From: a virus
Taxonomy: Duplodnaviria > Caudoviricetes
Direction: 5' to 3' (one strand)
DNA length: 46,475 nt
IMG/VR virus record: IMGVR_UViG_3300043432_000260
Span: 1 to 46,475 of that record
The position numbers and the translations under genes are program-made. The notes under the pieces were generated by a model. The model searched no databases, was not told the DNA's origin, and was given only the letters and a program-made list of their open reading frames with translations. Below are positions 16,792 to 26,320 of this stretch, in pieces (within the stretch, counting starts at the first letter, position 1; every line of letters starts with the position of its first letter).

Positions 16792-17933
16792 GCTACGAAT
16801 TCCGACCGGCGAAGCGCGAGAACGTCACGCTGATCCTGGGCGTCGCGGGTCCGTCAGGTGGCGGGAAGACCTACAGCGCCATGCGCCTGGCCAAGGGCAT
16901 GGCTGGCGGCAAGCGCTTCGCGGTGATCGACACGGAGGCCCGTCGCGCCCTCCACTACGCGGACCAGTTCGAGTTCGACCATGTGGACCTCCTGCCGCCC
17001 TTCAAGCCGAGCGCCTTCGAGGCGGCGATCAAGGCGGCGGCGGCTTACCCCGTCGTCGTTGTTGACAACTTTTCGCACGAGTGGTCGGGGGAGGGCGGCA
17101 TCCTTGATATGCAGGAAGCCGAGCTAATGGAGAAGGTACAGCGCGCCCAGAAGAGCGGCGACTCGCGCTCCGAGTGGCAACTTCACGAAGTCTATAAAAT
17201 GTCGTCCTGGATTCGCGCCAAGACGGAGCACAAGCATATGGTGCAGCGGCTGCTCCAAAGCCGCGCACACCTGATCCTCTGCCTCCGGGCGGAGGACAAG
17301 ATCGACATGGTCAAGGACCCCGCGACCGGCAAGATGGCGATCGTCCCCAAGCAGACGCTCTCCGGCTTCAAGGGCTGGATCCCGATTTGCGAGAAGAACT
17401 TGCTCTTCGAGCTGACGGCCAGCTTCATCCTCACGCCGGACAAGCCGGGGGTGCCGCAACCGATCAAGCTCCAGGAGCAGCACCGGAAGGTTATCGACCT
17501 CACGAAGCCGCTGGACGAGAAAGCTGGCGAGCTGCTCGCCGCCTGGGCGAAAGGAGGAGCGGGTCGTCCTGTCGCCACTGGCGCCGAGGCGATCCCTGCG
17601 CCCGCAGCGCCTGAATCGACAGGCGGCTCCCTCGTCCCGCCCGACCCCGCGAAGGCTGAGAAGCCGAAGGGCCCGGGCATCCCCGGCATCGACGAGCCGG
17701 ATGAACGGCAAGCCATCGTCCTGCTGATCGACGCGGAAAAGGCGAAGCTCGAGCGGCAGCCAACGCCAGAGGTCTGGGACAAGATCTGCGAGGACCTCTG
17801 CGGGACGACGACGCTGGATCTGGCCGATCCGGCGGCGCTCCATGATTTGCTCGCGCTCGTCAAGGGGCTCCTCGCCAAGGATCGGGACGCCGTCCAGCGG
17901 ACGAGGCGGATCATGAGCGGGACGGCGGCGTGA
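16788..17933 (+). CDS. Sak4/AAA_24-like P-loop recombinase
   Basis: GPSGGGKT, VIDTE, VVVDNFSHEW. Confidence 0.8.
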   Translation: MSYEFRPAKRENVTLILGVAGPSGGGKTYSAMRLAKGMAGGKRFAVIDTEARRALHYADQFEFDHVDLLPPFKPSAFEAAIKAAAAYPVVVVDNFSHEWSGEGGILDMQEAELMEKVQRAQKSGDSRSEWQLHEVYKMSSWIRAKTEHKHMVQRLLQSRAHLILCLRAEDKIDMVKDPATGKMAIVPKQTLSGFKGWIPICEKNLLFELTASFILTPDKPGVPQPIKLQEQHRKVIDLTKPLDEKAGELLAAWAKGGAGRPVATGAEAIPAPAAPESTGGSLVPPDPAKAEKPKGPGIPGIDEPDERQAIVLLIDAEKAKLERQPTPEVWDKICEDLCGTTTLDLADPAALHDLLALVKGLLAKDRDAVQRTRRIMSGTAA

Positions 17934-18256
17934 TTACAGATCATCCCCGCATGATGACTGAGTCCATCCGCTGCAAGTGCGGGGACGTCAAGATCATCAC
18001 AGTGCTGGCCGAAGCCAGGGCGCTAGCCGCAGGGCGCAGTTTCGGAATCTTTTCTGGCATCTGCAGTAAGTGCGGTCGAGATATCAAAGGTCCGCTGACG
18101 CTCGGGGTTGACCCGCCTGCGAGCCTTGTGCAGATGCTCGGTTTCTATCGAGCACTTGATTACATGCGTCCACGCTTGCGGCCCATGCTTCGCATCGTTC
18201 TCTGGATAGTGATCGGAGCACTCCTTCACGCCATCTTTGGGCGAATCTGGCCATGA
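17930..18256 (+). CDS. Hypothetical protein (Zn-ribbon plus C-terminal TM)
   Basis: CKCG/CSKCG; hydrophobic C-terminus; GTGA and ATGA coupling. Confidence 0.5.
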   Translation: MITDHPRMMTESIRCKCGDVKIITVLAEARALAAGRSFGIFSGICSKCGRDIKGPLTLGVDPPASLVQMLGFYRALDYMRPRLRPMLRIVLWIVIGALLHAIFGRIWP

Positions 18257-18486
18257 CGCTCGACCAGGCGATCGACCAGGCCCGCACGATCCAGGCCGAT
18301 CTGGCCGCCGGCCGCCTCCGCGTCCCGTACCCGCCGGAGGTCCGCAGGACGATCGTCGCCTGCGCCCAGGTCTTCATGGCCGAGGCGACCGATACGGCCA
18401 AGGCGCGGGCGCTCGTCGCGCGGCTCAATGCGCCGGAGCTGGAGACAACTGAACTTCCTTGGTGGAGCCTAAGATTGGTTGGCTGA
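18253..18486 (+). CDS. Hypothetical protein
   Basis: Coupled start; high-GC codon usage. Confidence 0.5.
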   Translation: MTLDQAIDQARTIQADLAAGRLRVPYPPEVRRTIVACAQVFMAEATDTAKARALVARLNAPELETTELPWWSLRLVG

Positions 18487-18510
18487 TGACCCTTTGTTCG
18501 AGCGAGGAAC

Positions 18511-19089
18511 ATGACGAATAACGCCTGGTCGATTCGACACCCTGACGGATCGGTGACGAGTTTTATGCCGAGACGTCGCGGGCGGCTCAAAACAGCCAGA
18601 ATCTTCCGCCGGTCGACTCGAAAAGAGACGAGCGGATCCATTGTGTGCCTGTTCTGCGGAGTCCGGCTCCGCTGCCTTATGGCCCACCTGCGATATTTGC
18701 ACGGAATGACACCAACGCAGTATCGTCAGTCCCATCCGGGGGCCCAGCTCCGTGAGGCCTCGCTTACGAATACCATCGTCGAGAAAGTTGCGGCTCGCCG
18801 CCGCTCCCGGCGCGACCCGAATCATCGCTGCTCGGAGTGCGGCCAACCTGTCGAGCTCGGGTCCTTTAGGTACAAGCGCGGGCTCAAGACATGCTCGGAG
18901 GCCTGCTTGTCTAGTTCACTCGCGCGTCAGTTAGCCGGTCGGGCCTGCCCAACGTGCCATGCTGCGGTCCGCGGAGTCTGTGCCCACCGTGCGCTGGACA
19001 CGTCCTTCACGAGGACGCGCTCGGTTGCGGGTGCAAGGGGCAGGGCCCGGGGGCCCAACGGACGCTTTCTCGCCGCGCCCGAGCAATGA
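18511..19089 (+). CDS. MucR/Ros-like zinc-finger protein
   Basis: IVCLFCG...LMAHLRYLHGMTPTQYR plus further CxxC motifs. Confidence 0.65.
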   Translation: MTNNAWSIRHPDGSVTSFMPRRRGRLKTARIFRRSTRKETSGSIVCLFCGVRLRCLMAHLRYLHGMTPTQYRQSHPGAQLREASLTNTIVEKVAARRRSRRDPNHRCSECGQPVELGSFRYKRGLKTCSEACLSSSLARQLAGRACPTCHAAVRGVCAHRALDTSFTRTRSVAGARGRARGPNGRFLAAPEQ

Positions 19090-19105
19090 AGAAGGGATCT
19101 CGCTG

Positions 19106-19480
19106 ATGACCCCCGTCCCAACCCTCGCCGAGGTCGCCCAGGATCGGACGCGGCTCGACGTCCTCCCGTTCGAGGCGCTCTGGGCGTTGCTGCGGGATCT
19201 CAACCTGCTCGAAAAAGAAATCACCACGGCGATGATCCCGGCCGCGAGCCGCGCGGCGGACAGCCGCGCCGTCCCAGAAGATCGGGCGCTGACGATCGCC
19301 GAGGCCGCCGCGCGGCTCCAGATCGCCCCGGCAACTATGCAAAAGTGGCTCACGAAACCCCCCTACAATGCCGCCGTCGTGGTTCGGAGCCGGACGTGTG
19401 TCCGCGTCTCCGCCCAGCGACTGGAGCAGATTCTCCTGGATCGCGGGGCGGGGCCCCGCAGAAAGGCGGTCTCGGCATGA
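19106..19480 (+). CDS. Excisionase-like HTH protein
   Basis: LTIAEAAARLQIAPATMQKW; ATGA overlap with the integrase. Confidence 0.65.
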   Translation: MTPVPTLAEVAQDRTRLDVLPFEALWALLRDLNLLEKEITTAMIPAASRAADSRAVPEDRALTIAEAAARLQIAPATMQKWLTKPPYNAAVVVRSRTCVRVSAQRLEQILLDRGAGPRRKAVSA

Positions 19481-20574
19481 GAGGGCAGGGGACGATCTAC
19501 CATCGTGGGGACGCGCTCTGGATTGCCTGGTACGCCAAAGGAGACCGCCGCGAGGCGGTCAGCAAGCTGGTCGGGCGCCCGGCCGGCCGGGTCACCTGGG
19601 ACGACGCCGTCAAGGCGCTCAAGCGGCGACTCGAGCAGAAGCGCGAGCAGTTGGCGCGTGGCTCGATCCTGCCGCCGCGGACGGAGCGGCTGACCGTCAC
19701 GCAGCTGCTCGAGGAGTACAGGGCCCACCGCCTGATCCAAGGCGTCAAGCGCCCGGTCGACTTCGCCTGCACGATCAAGGCCCTCGGCGCCTGGTGGGGA
19801 CACCTCGTGCCGGCCCGGCTGACCACGGAGGATCTCGAGCGGGAGATCCAGGCCAAGCTGGCCAAGGGGTTTGCCCGAGGGACCGTCTCCACGCGACTCC
19901 ACGGCCTGTATGCGGCGCTCCGGTGGGCAAAGGATCGGTTGCCCAGTGTGCCGAGCGCCCCGCGGGTGCATGTCCCGCTGACGCCCAAGGCTCTCTGGAC
20001 GCCGGCGGAGGTCGACCGGCTCTGCGCGGCCGCGAAGCCCTGGGTCGCTGACATCTGCCGCTTCGGGTCGCTGACGGGCTGGCGGATCTCGGAGGTGCTC
20101 GGGCTCACCTGGGATCGCGTGGATGGCAAGCGTGGGCTCCTCTTCCTGGACGAGACGAAGACGGATGACCCCCGGGTGCGGCCGATCGAACCGAGGATGG
20201 CCGAGCTCCTCGCGCGGCGGACGGCCGCGCGGCGCCTGAGCTGCGCGCTGGTGTTCCACGTGGATGGGCTGCCGATCACCGACGATCGGTTCCGCCGCGG
20301 CTTTCACCAGGCGCTCGCCGTGGCCCAGCTCGGCCACCGAACCTATCACGCCTTCCGGAACACGGCCTACGACACGGCCCAGCTCGCCGGCGTCGACCTG
20401 TTCACGGCCATGGACATGATCGGGCACAAGTCCCTGTCCTCGGCCCGGCGCTACAAGCGGCCGAACATCGAGGGGATGCGGCGCGCGTTGACGCTGATCG
20501 AGGCCGACCGCCTTGCGCCAGCGCCGCACAGTTCCAGCACACCGACCGCCGCTGTCGTCCCTATCACTCGCTGA
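19477..20574 (+). CDS. int: Tyrosine integrase
   Basis: Catalytic residues in TGWRISE (R), ETKT (K), YHAFR (HxxR), IGHKS (H) and RRY (Y). Confidence 0.92.
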   Translation: MRGQGTIYHRGDALWIAWYAKGDRREAVSKLVGRPAGRVTWDDAVKALKRRLEQKREQLARGSILPPRTERLTVTQLLEEYRAHRLIQGVKRPVDFACTIKALGAWWGHLVPARLTTEDLEREIQAKLAKGFARGTVSTRLHGLYAALRWAKDRLPSVPSAPRVHVPLTPKALWTPAEVDRLCAAAKPWVADICRFGSLTGWRISEVLGLTWDRVDGKRGLLFLDETKTDDPRVRPIEPRMAELLARRTAARRLSCALVFHVDGLPITDDRFRRGFHQALAVAQLGHRTYHAFRNTAYDTAQLAGVDLFTAMDMIGHKSLSSARRYKRPNIEGMRRALTLIEADRLAPAPHSSSTPTAAVVPITR

Positions 20575-20777
20575 CGAAAGGGTTTCTATGCCGTCTGCGG
20601 CATATTGGGGTAGAACCTGGCCTCGCCTAGCATCAGTCCTGCCAAGGACGCCCCAGCTAGCTAATCAAGCAGTTAGACCAGGGGCCGCCTCTCCCGGGCG
20701 GGCCCTGGTCGCCCCTGTCGGATACATCCTTGCCGCACAGTTGCCTCACAGCATCCTGGACACACTCCGGCACAGCT
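20524..20777. promoter_or_regulatory. Putative attP
   Basis: Arm-like repeats CCGCACAGTT at 20524 and 20733, with variants at 20744 and 20768; exact IHF consensus AATCAAGCAGTTA at 20663-20675; inverted repeats; located directly after int. Confidence 0.65.
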
Positions 20778-20778
20778 C

Positions 20779-21267
20779 ATGACCACCCCCGAGATCGCCA
20801 CCCAGCGGGCCAGGGTGTGCCTACGCGACGGATTTCCCCTGCTCCTGGACCTGGAGACCGCCCGCCGCTCGGTCGAGGCTGGCTGGCCCGCGGTGGAGCT
20901 GTGGACGTGCATGATGGGGCATTCCGTGAGAGGCGATGCGCCCTCGTTGCAGACGGGGCCACGACCCACGCGCCCCGCGCCCCTCTGCCCGGCGTGCGGC
21001 GCCATCGTGTCCCGAGCGAAGGGGTCGTCACGGAAGATGTGCAGCAACCGCTGTAGCCGGTTCGTCGCGGGCCAGCGGTCGCGGGCCTATCAGCACGGGG
21101 AGGCGTTCGTGCTCGAAGCGATGCCCTGGTATCGAGGCGCCGTCACCGCCTACCAGCAGCCCAAGCCTCTCCCGCCCCTCGACCCGCTCGCGGGCCGAAT
21201 GCCGCGGGATTGGGCGGCGGGGTGGCTGGCCGTCCATGGCGGCACGGGGCCGGAGGCCGCAGCATGA
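20779..21267 (+). CDS. Hypothetical zinc-finger protein
   Basis: CPACG...CSNRC; coupled to the next gene. Confidence 0.5.
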   Translation: MTTPEIATQRARVCLRDGFPLLLDLETARRSVEAGWPAVELWTCMMGHSVRGDAPSLQTGPRPTRPAPLCPACGAIVSRAKGSSRKMCSNRCSRFVAGQRSRAYQHGEAFVLEAMPWYRGAVTAYQQPKPLPPLDPLAGRMPRDWAAGWLAVHGGTGPEAAA

Positions 21268-21734
21268 CGGTCACCTGCCCGAAGCCGAGTTGTGCGGACA
21301 ACGAGGAAGAGTTCGCGAATCCGGGCGCTCTGGCCGCCCATCTGATCGACGCGCACGGCATGGCGGGGATCGCTGCGTTGGCGATGGCCCGATCCACCGT
21401 CCCACATGAGGAGACCCCGATGAAACCTTGCAAGAACTGCGGCGGCGATCACCGATCCGACAACAAGCTCTGCCCGGAGAACGCTGGCACGAAGCGTGAG
21501 GGGGGGGGCGTGTCGAAGCCTGAGCGCGCCGCCAAGAGGCGCAGGGCGATCACGCGGCGGCATCCGCTGAAGCCGAACAAGGGCGCGTCGACCAACGGCC
21601 TGGTCTCCGAGCTGGAGGCCCTCTCGATCGTCGTCGGGGCGCTGACGAGCGTCGAGTCCTTCGAGAGCAAGCGGAACGTCCTGCTCTGCGCGTGCAAGCT
21701 GCTGGCGATCGACGTGAACGAACTCGCTTCCTGA
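21264..21734 (+). CDS. C2H2-like zinc-finger protein
   Basis: CPKPSC...F...LAAHLIDAH and CKNCGGDH; GGAGG RBS. Confidence 0.55.
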   Translation: MTVTCPKPSCADNEEEFANPGALAAHLIDAHGMAGIAALAMARSTVPHEETPMKPCKNCGGDHRSDNKLCPENAGTKREGGGVSKPERAAKRRRAITRRHPLKPNKGASTNGLVSELEALSIVVGALTSVESFESKRNVLLCACKLLAIDVNELAS

Positions 21735-21745
21735 CAGGAGCCCCT

Positions 21746-21988
21746 ATGTCCCCGAAGAAAAAGACGCCACAACCCGCGATCGACAAGGATCTCGCGCAAC
21801 CACCGCTTATCCCAATGAGCGACGCCGAACTCAAGAAGGCGGGCACGAAGCTCGCGGAGAAGGTCCGTGAACTGGAGGACATGAAGAAGGAGCATGCCGA
21901 GGAAGCCACCATGCGGAGCAATGACCGCAAAGGGCTCCAGGACGAGATCTCGGCGATCGCCTCGACGATCCGGAGTCATGGGCGGTAG
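21746..21988 (+). CDS. Hypothetical coiled-coil protein
   Basis: AGGAG RBS. Confidence 0.55.
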   Translation: MSPKKKTPQPAIDKDLAQPPLIPMSDAELKKAGTKLAEKVRELEDMKKEHAEEATMRSNDRKGLQDEISAIASTIRSHGR

Positions 21989-22011
21989 ATGACCCTGCGC
22001 CAGGAGGTGCT

Positions 22012-22350
22012 GTGGTGAGCCAGCCGGTTGCGATGGGCCTCGCCGATAAGCGCGTCGTGTTCGATCTGCTAGAGGATTTGCGCTCCGCGTGGGAGACGAT
22101 CCTGAACGATTACGCGCGGATTCATGATCTCAAAACCGAGCGCGGCGGCGTTCGTTACGTCGATGGCTGGATGGCCTGTCACAACTTCTTCAAGCTTGCG
22201 CTCGACAACCTCGTCAGGGAATCGGGCCTCATCGGCGAGTCCGCTGCACAGGTGTACGAAGGCGCGGGCGAGACCTTTCAGATGGCGATGCGCGCCCGAG
22301 CAGAGGAAATGCGGACCGGACGGCGGGCTGGTGAGGCGACGGCCCCATGA
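22012..22350 (+). CDS. Hypothetical protein
   Basis: AGGAGG RBS; coupled to the resolvase gene. Confidence 0.55.
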   Translation: MVSQPVAMGLADKRVVFDLLEDLRSAWETILNDYARIHDLKTERGGVRYVDGWMACHNFFKLALDNLVRESGLIGESAAQVYEGAGETFQMAMRARAEEMRTGRRAGEATAP

Positions 22351-22841
22351 GCCAGCCGATGAAGCTTCTCGCGCTCGACCTCGGCTCGCACTGCGGCTGG
22401 GCATTCTGGGACGGCGCCCGGATGGAGAGCGGCGTCCAGATCTTCGACCTGAAGCGCGGGGAGAGCTCCGGCTGGCGCTTCGTCCGGTTCAACGCCTGGC
22501 TCGATGCCTGGCTCGAGCGGAAGCCGGAGCTCGTGGTCTACGAGATGCCGCATCAGCGAGGGGGCGCAGCCACCGAGATCGCCGCCGGCTTCTCGACCCG
22601 CATCCATGAATGGTGCGCGCGGCATGGAATCGAGCATTCGAGCCTGCACAGCGCCACGTTGAAGAAATGGGCGACCGGAAAAGGCAACGCCGACAAGGCC
22701 GCCATGCTTGGGGCCGTCGCCCGGCGGTGGAAACGGGTGGATACCGATGACGAGGCCGATGCCCTGGCGCTCGCGTATTGGGCGTTGGAGGAACTCATTC
22801 TCAATATGGTCCGACGCAACCCGACGGAGGTGCTGCGGTGA
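22347..22841 (+). CDS. RuvC-like Holliday junction resolvase
   Basis: LLALDLG, VVYE, LKKWATGKGNADK, DDEADALAL. Confidence 0.85.
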   Translation: MSQPMKLLALDLGSHCGWAFWDGARMESGVQIFDLKRGESSGWRFVRFNAWLDAWLERKPELVVYEMPHQRGGAATEIAAGFSTRIHEWCARHGIEHSSLHSATLKKWATGKGNADKAAMLGAVARRWKRVDTDDEADALALAYWALEELILNMVRRNPTEVLR

Positions 22842-23086
22842 GCCAGAAGGAGAGCGAACAGGCGAAGGCACCACACGATCTGATTCATCATCTCTGGGAT
22901 ACCGACGAGGCGACCGTCACCCTCTCCCTCAAAGACTGGAGACGTGTCTTGCTCTACTACGGCACGAGTCTTCACTTTCGCAACGGAGAAGGGCATGACC
23001 TCAAGGCGACCCGTATCGGCCCCGGAGTCTATTCCGTGCGCCTCGTGCGCCATGTTTACGAGTTTGAGAAAGAGGCTAAGAGATGA
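22838..23086 (+). CDS. Hypothetical protein
   Basis: GGAGG RBS; GTGA coupling. Confidence 0.5.
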   Translation: MSQKESEQAKAPHDLIHHLWDTDEATVTLSLKDWRRVLLYYGTSLHFRNGEGHDLKATRIGPGVYSVRLVRHVYEFEKEAKR

Positions 23087-23117
23087 CCTTCGGCGAGCCC
23101 GAGGAGGGGAGGACGGG

Positions 23118-23300
23118 ATGAGCGTCGACGACGAACGAGCGGATGAGGTTGAGGATGATTGTGGCCGCCCGTGCGAGCCCGATCTCAACCGGGACTGTTG
23201 CGCGGAATACTGGGACCGGATGGAGCGCGAAGGCTTCTGGAACAGACGGGGCCACCGCTGGACTGCGAAGGGATGGAAGGAGATTACGAAATGGCCATGA
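23118..23300 (+). CDS. Small hypothetical protein
   Basis: GGAGG RBS; Cys/Trp-rich. Confidence 0.45.
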   Translation: MSVDDERADEVEDDCGRPCEPDLNRDCCAEYWDRMEREGFWNRRGHRWTAKGWKEITKWP

Positions 23301-23659
23301 CCGCCCGCCCGAGTCCGGCAGCGGCGGAGAAGGCCGAGAAGATTATGGCGTGGTATCCCCTTTCTACTGTTCGAGGGACGTTTGAGGAGGATGGCCCCGA
23401 GTTCGACGAGCAATGGCGGCTTGCCGTTGCAAGAGAGTTCGACGCCTTCGCGGCGACCGAGCGGGCGGCGACGTGGGAGGCGGCGGCAGCATGCCTTGAC
23501 GGAGCGGCGACTACCCCGGTTTTAGTAACTGATGCTTATAACATTGCTGCGGTGGCAGAGATACGAGCCATGCTCCATGCGATGGCTGACGGATTCCGAG
23601 CCCGCGCCGCCCCCGCCGTCGAGCGCACCGACGCGCCCGCGGAGAGAGGGCAATTGTGA
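23297..23659 (+). CDS. Hypothetical protein
   Basis: ATGA coupling. Confidence 0.45.
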   Translation: MTARPSPAAAEKAEKIMAWYPLSTVRGTFEEDGPEFDEQWRLAVAREFDAFAATERAATWEAAAACLDGAATTPVLVTDAYNIAAVAEIRAMLHAMADGFRARAAPAVERTDAPAERGQL

Positions 23660-23822
23660 CCTGTCTAAAGCACCAGATGGAGGAGCGCGAAATTTACTTG
23701 CCGAACATCGTCTTGCCCATACGCGGGCCGTCCTACCTCGGCCCTTGGAACAAAGCGTCGATCATCATGTGCCCACGTTGTTTCGTAGAGACGTGGGACG
23801 CGCCCGCCGAGAGGAGCGAGCG

Positions 23823-24188
23823 ATGACCGACCCCATCGAGGCGCCCTCGATGCCGAGTGGCGAACACTTGACCCTCCAGCGCTGCTCGGATTGTTCCGAG
23901 GACATCTGGTGGGATAACACGCCGGGCCCTCTCTGCGGTGACTGTGCCCGTGGTCAGCTCGCCCGCCTCACCGAGGAGCGGGATCGGCTGCGGGGACTGT
24001 ACGGCGACATGGTCAATCAGTTCGCCTTGTGCTTTCTCCGGAATGGCGTGGAGATCGTGACCACCGGCGGCCTGAGCGATCTGGAGGCGGCCTTCGAGTA
24101 TTTCAAGTTGCCTGACCCCTGCACGCTCGTTGAATTCCGCGCCGCCCTCGCCTCGCCCGAGCCGGCGAAGGGGACGCATGGGCGATAA
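23823..24188 (+). CDS. Hypothetical protein
   Basis: GAGGAG RBS; CxxC pairs. Confidence 0.5.
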   Translation: MTDPIEAPSMPSGEHLTLQRCSDCSEDIWWDNTPGPLCGDCARGQLARLTEERDRLRGLYGDMVNQFALCFLRNGVEIVTTGGLSDLEAAFEYFKLPDPCTLVEFRAALASPEPAKGTHGR

Positions 24189-24212
24189 GACCGGCTTCGA
24201 GGGCCGCCGGAC

Positions 24213-24569
24213 GTGAGCGGCTCGAAACGCGTCTATCCGGCAGCATGGAAGTCCATCAGCCAGCGTATCCGCGTCCACCGGGCGCACGGTCGCTGCGAAT
24301 GCGAAGGCGAATGCGGCCTCCATCGCACGCATCCTGGCCCGCGGCGCTGCGAAGAGATCCACGGGCAACCCGCGAAGTGGGCCAAGGGGACGGTAGTCCT
24401 GACGACGGCGCATCTGTGCCAAGACTCCGAATGTGGCGACGAGACACACCTGCGAGCGATGTGCCAGCGATGCCATCTCCGGTACGACGTCAAACAGCAT
24501 CAACAGAACGCCTATCGCACGCGGCGCCTCGGCAAAGCCCATGCGGATTTGTTTGGCGATCCCGCTTGA
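24213..24569 (+). CDS. HNH-like zinc-binding nuclease
   Basis: YPAAW...RCEC...VVLTTAHL...LRAMCQRCHLRYD. Confidence 0.7.
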   Translation: MSGSKRVYPAAWKSISQRIRVHRAHGRCECEGECGLHRTHPGPRRCEEIHGQPAKWAKGTVVLTTAHLCQDSECGDETHLRAMCQRCHLRYDVKQHQQNAYRTRRLGKAHADLFGDPA

Positions 24570-24637
24570 CAACGGCCTCGCACTCTGCGCCACGCCCATC
24601 CGCCCCTCGTGACGAACGCTCGCCTGGGCTCCGAGCA

Positions 24638-24859
24638 ATGAAAATGAGCGACACCCGATGTTTCGATTTGCTCAAGGCGGTGTTGGACCCGACCGACAGG
24701 TGGTGGTGGACCGCCTTTGGTTTGATTGCGCTTACGCGATTGTCCAAGAGCGACGAAGGCCGCTATTGGGCCACGGTGTACCTTTCTGCCGTGCTTCGGG
24801 TGCCAAATCCGCGCATCCAATCAGCCCTCCGTCGTCAGCTGGCTGGGAGAGACTCTTGA
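24638..24859 (+). CDS. Hypothetical protein
   Basis: Fills the gap on the + strand with plausible composition. Confidence 0.35.
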   Translation: MKMSDTRCFDLLKAVLDPTDRWWWTAFGLIALTRLSKSDEGRYWATVYLSAVLRVPNPRIQSALRRQLAGRDS

Positions 24860-24877
24860 CGCTCGCCGAGGCTCCTC

Positions 24878-25654
24878 GTGGCTGACCAGCAGCGCTGGTT
24901 CAAACTCTGGTGCTCCGCGCCGGCGGACGATGCCCTCCAATCGCGGCCGCCGGCGCTCCGGTGGGCCTGGGTGGCCTTCGGCGCCTACACGAAGCTCCAT
25001 GGGACCTCCGGGGTGGTCTCCGTGAGCCCGTCCAATGGGTCGTTGGCGGCGGCCATGGGTGTCGCGCCTGACGCGCTGATCGAGACCATCGCGCAGCTCC
25101 CCAGCGTGTACCTCGGGACGGCCCGTGTGTGGTGGCCTCACGGCGGCGACAAAGCGCTCCGCTGTGAGGGGGAATATCAACGGGGTGAGTACCCCCTGAG
25201 TCACCGGGGTAGGGACCAAGCCATTTGCTGGTGTGAGCGTCACGGTAGCATTGTCGTCACGTGGAAGAATTGGAAGAAATATCAGGAGGATACCACGCAG
25301 GCTCAGAGGGGGTACGCGTCACGGTCTAAGAAGAGAAGAGAAGAGAATAAGAAAAGAAGTACCCCTAAACCCCCTGGAGATTTCAATTTGCCAACGACTG
25401 ACAACCCACCCCCAGAACCAGGCCCAGAGGCTCGCGCGTTCGTCGCCGATCTCACCGACCGACTCGCCGCCCGATTCACCGCGGATGACGCAGCGAGACA
25501 GGCGCAGACCACGCGGGAACGAGGCACGAACCCCCGCGCGACTGGAACAAACCCCCGAGCTAAAGGCACCAACCCCAGCACCACCGGCACCAACCTCCGC
25601 GCGTCGAATCCCGACACCAACCCCGAGCACCTCCGCTTCAACATCCCGGACTGA
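24878..25654 (+). CDS. Putative replication initiator
   Basis: N-terminal WFKLW, then NWKKYQ, a purine-rich KKRREENKKR linker and TPKPP; C-terminal GTNPR repeats. Confidence 0.6.
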   Translation: MADQQRWFKLWCSAPADDALQSRPPALRWAWVAFGAYTKLHGTSGVVSVSPSNGSLAAAMGVAPDALIETIAQLPSVYLGTARVWWPHGGDKALRCEGEYQRGEYPLSHRGRDQAICWCERHGSIVVTWKNWKKYQEDTTQAQRGYASRSKKRREENKKRSTPKPPGDFNLPTTDNPPPEPGPEARAFVADLTDRLAARFTADDAARQAQTTRERGTNPRATGTNPRAKGTNPSTTGTNLRASNPDTNPEHLRFNIPD

Positions 25655-25664
25655 GCCGCTGCCC

Positions 25665-25913
25665 ATGACCGCCCCACCAGCCAGACTCACAAGCCTCCAG
25701 CCAGCCGCCTACTGGTTCACCATCGCCGACTGCTGCCTGGCCCTCGGCTGCCACGAGCGCACCATCCGCCGGCACCTGCACCGCATCCCCCTGTCCGATC
25801 GCCTCCTCGTCACCAAACGGGTTAGCGGCACCCGCAGCACCCGCTTCTGGCGCATCAGCCCCACCGGCCTCCGCATCCTCGGCCATAGCACCGGCTTAGC
25901 GAAGTACCTCTGA
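25665..25913 (+). CDS. HTH DNA-binding protein (possible late regulator)
   Basis: FTIADCCLALGCHERTIRRHL. Confidence 0.55.
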   Translation: MTAPPARLTSLQPAAYWFTIADCCLALGCHERTIRRHLHRIPLSDRLLVTKRVSGTRSTRFWRISPTGLRILGHSTGLAKYL

Positions 25914-25955
25914 CGCACTGCGTAGCAAAAATCGTCTTTTCAACTGCTCACATAC

Positions 25956-25989
25956 ACCCTGACACGTAGACCCTGACACGTAGACCTAG
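25956..25989. repeat. 14-bp tandem repeat ACCCTGACACGTAG x2 plus a partial copy
   Basis: Read directly; lies in the non-coding gap before the packaging genes. Confidence 0.85.
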
Positions 25990-26320
25990 ACAGCGGGGCC
26001 TTGCATAGGGTCGCGGCCCTCGGCGAAAGTTGTATGCGTGAAGACAAAATTGTGGCCAATGCGAACGCTGAGCGGCGCCCTGCCCGCGTGGCGCTCCAGC
26101 ACAGTGCCCGCACGCCGTGATGGAGACGCGCGAAATGTAGAGAGCAATTCGTCGCGGCATTCTGGGCGAGAACCTGCGAGCGTGCACGAGACCCGCCGGT
26201 TGATTCCTGGCCCGAGCTGTTCAGGCAACACTCCGCTTCAGACACCACGCCCGCAATCCGAAAAATCTTTCGGCTACGAGTTGTACAGCGAGGTGCCGCC
26301 GCCACTGAGGCGGGAGGTGC

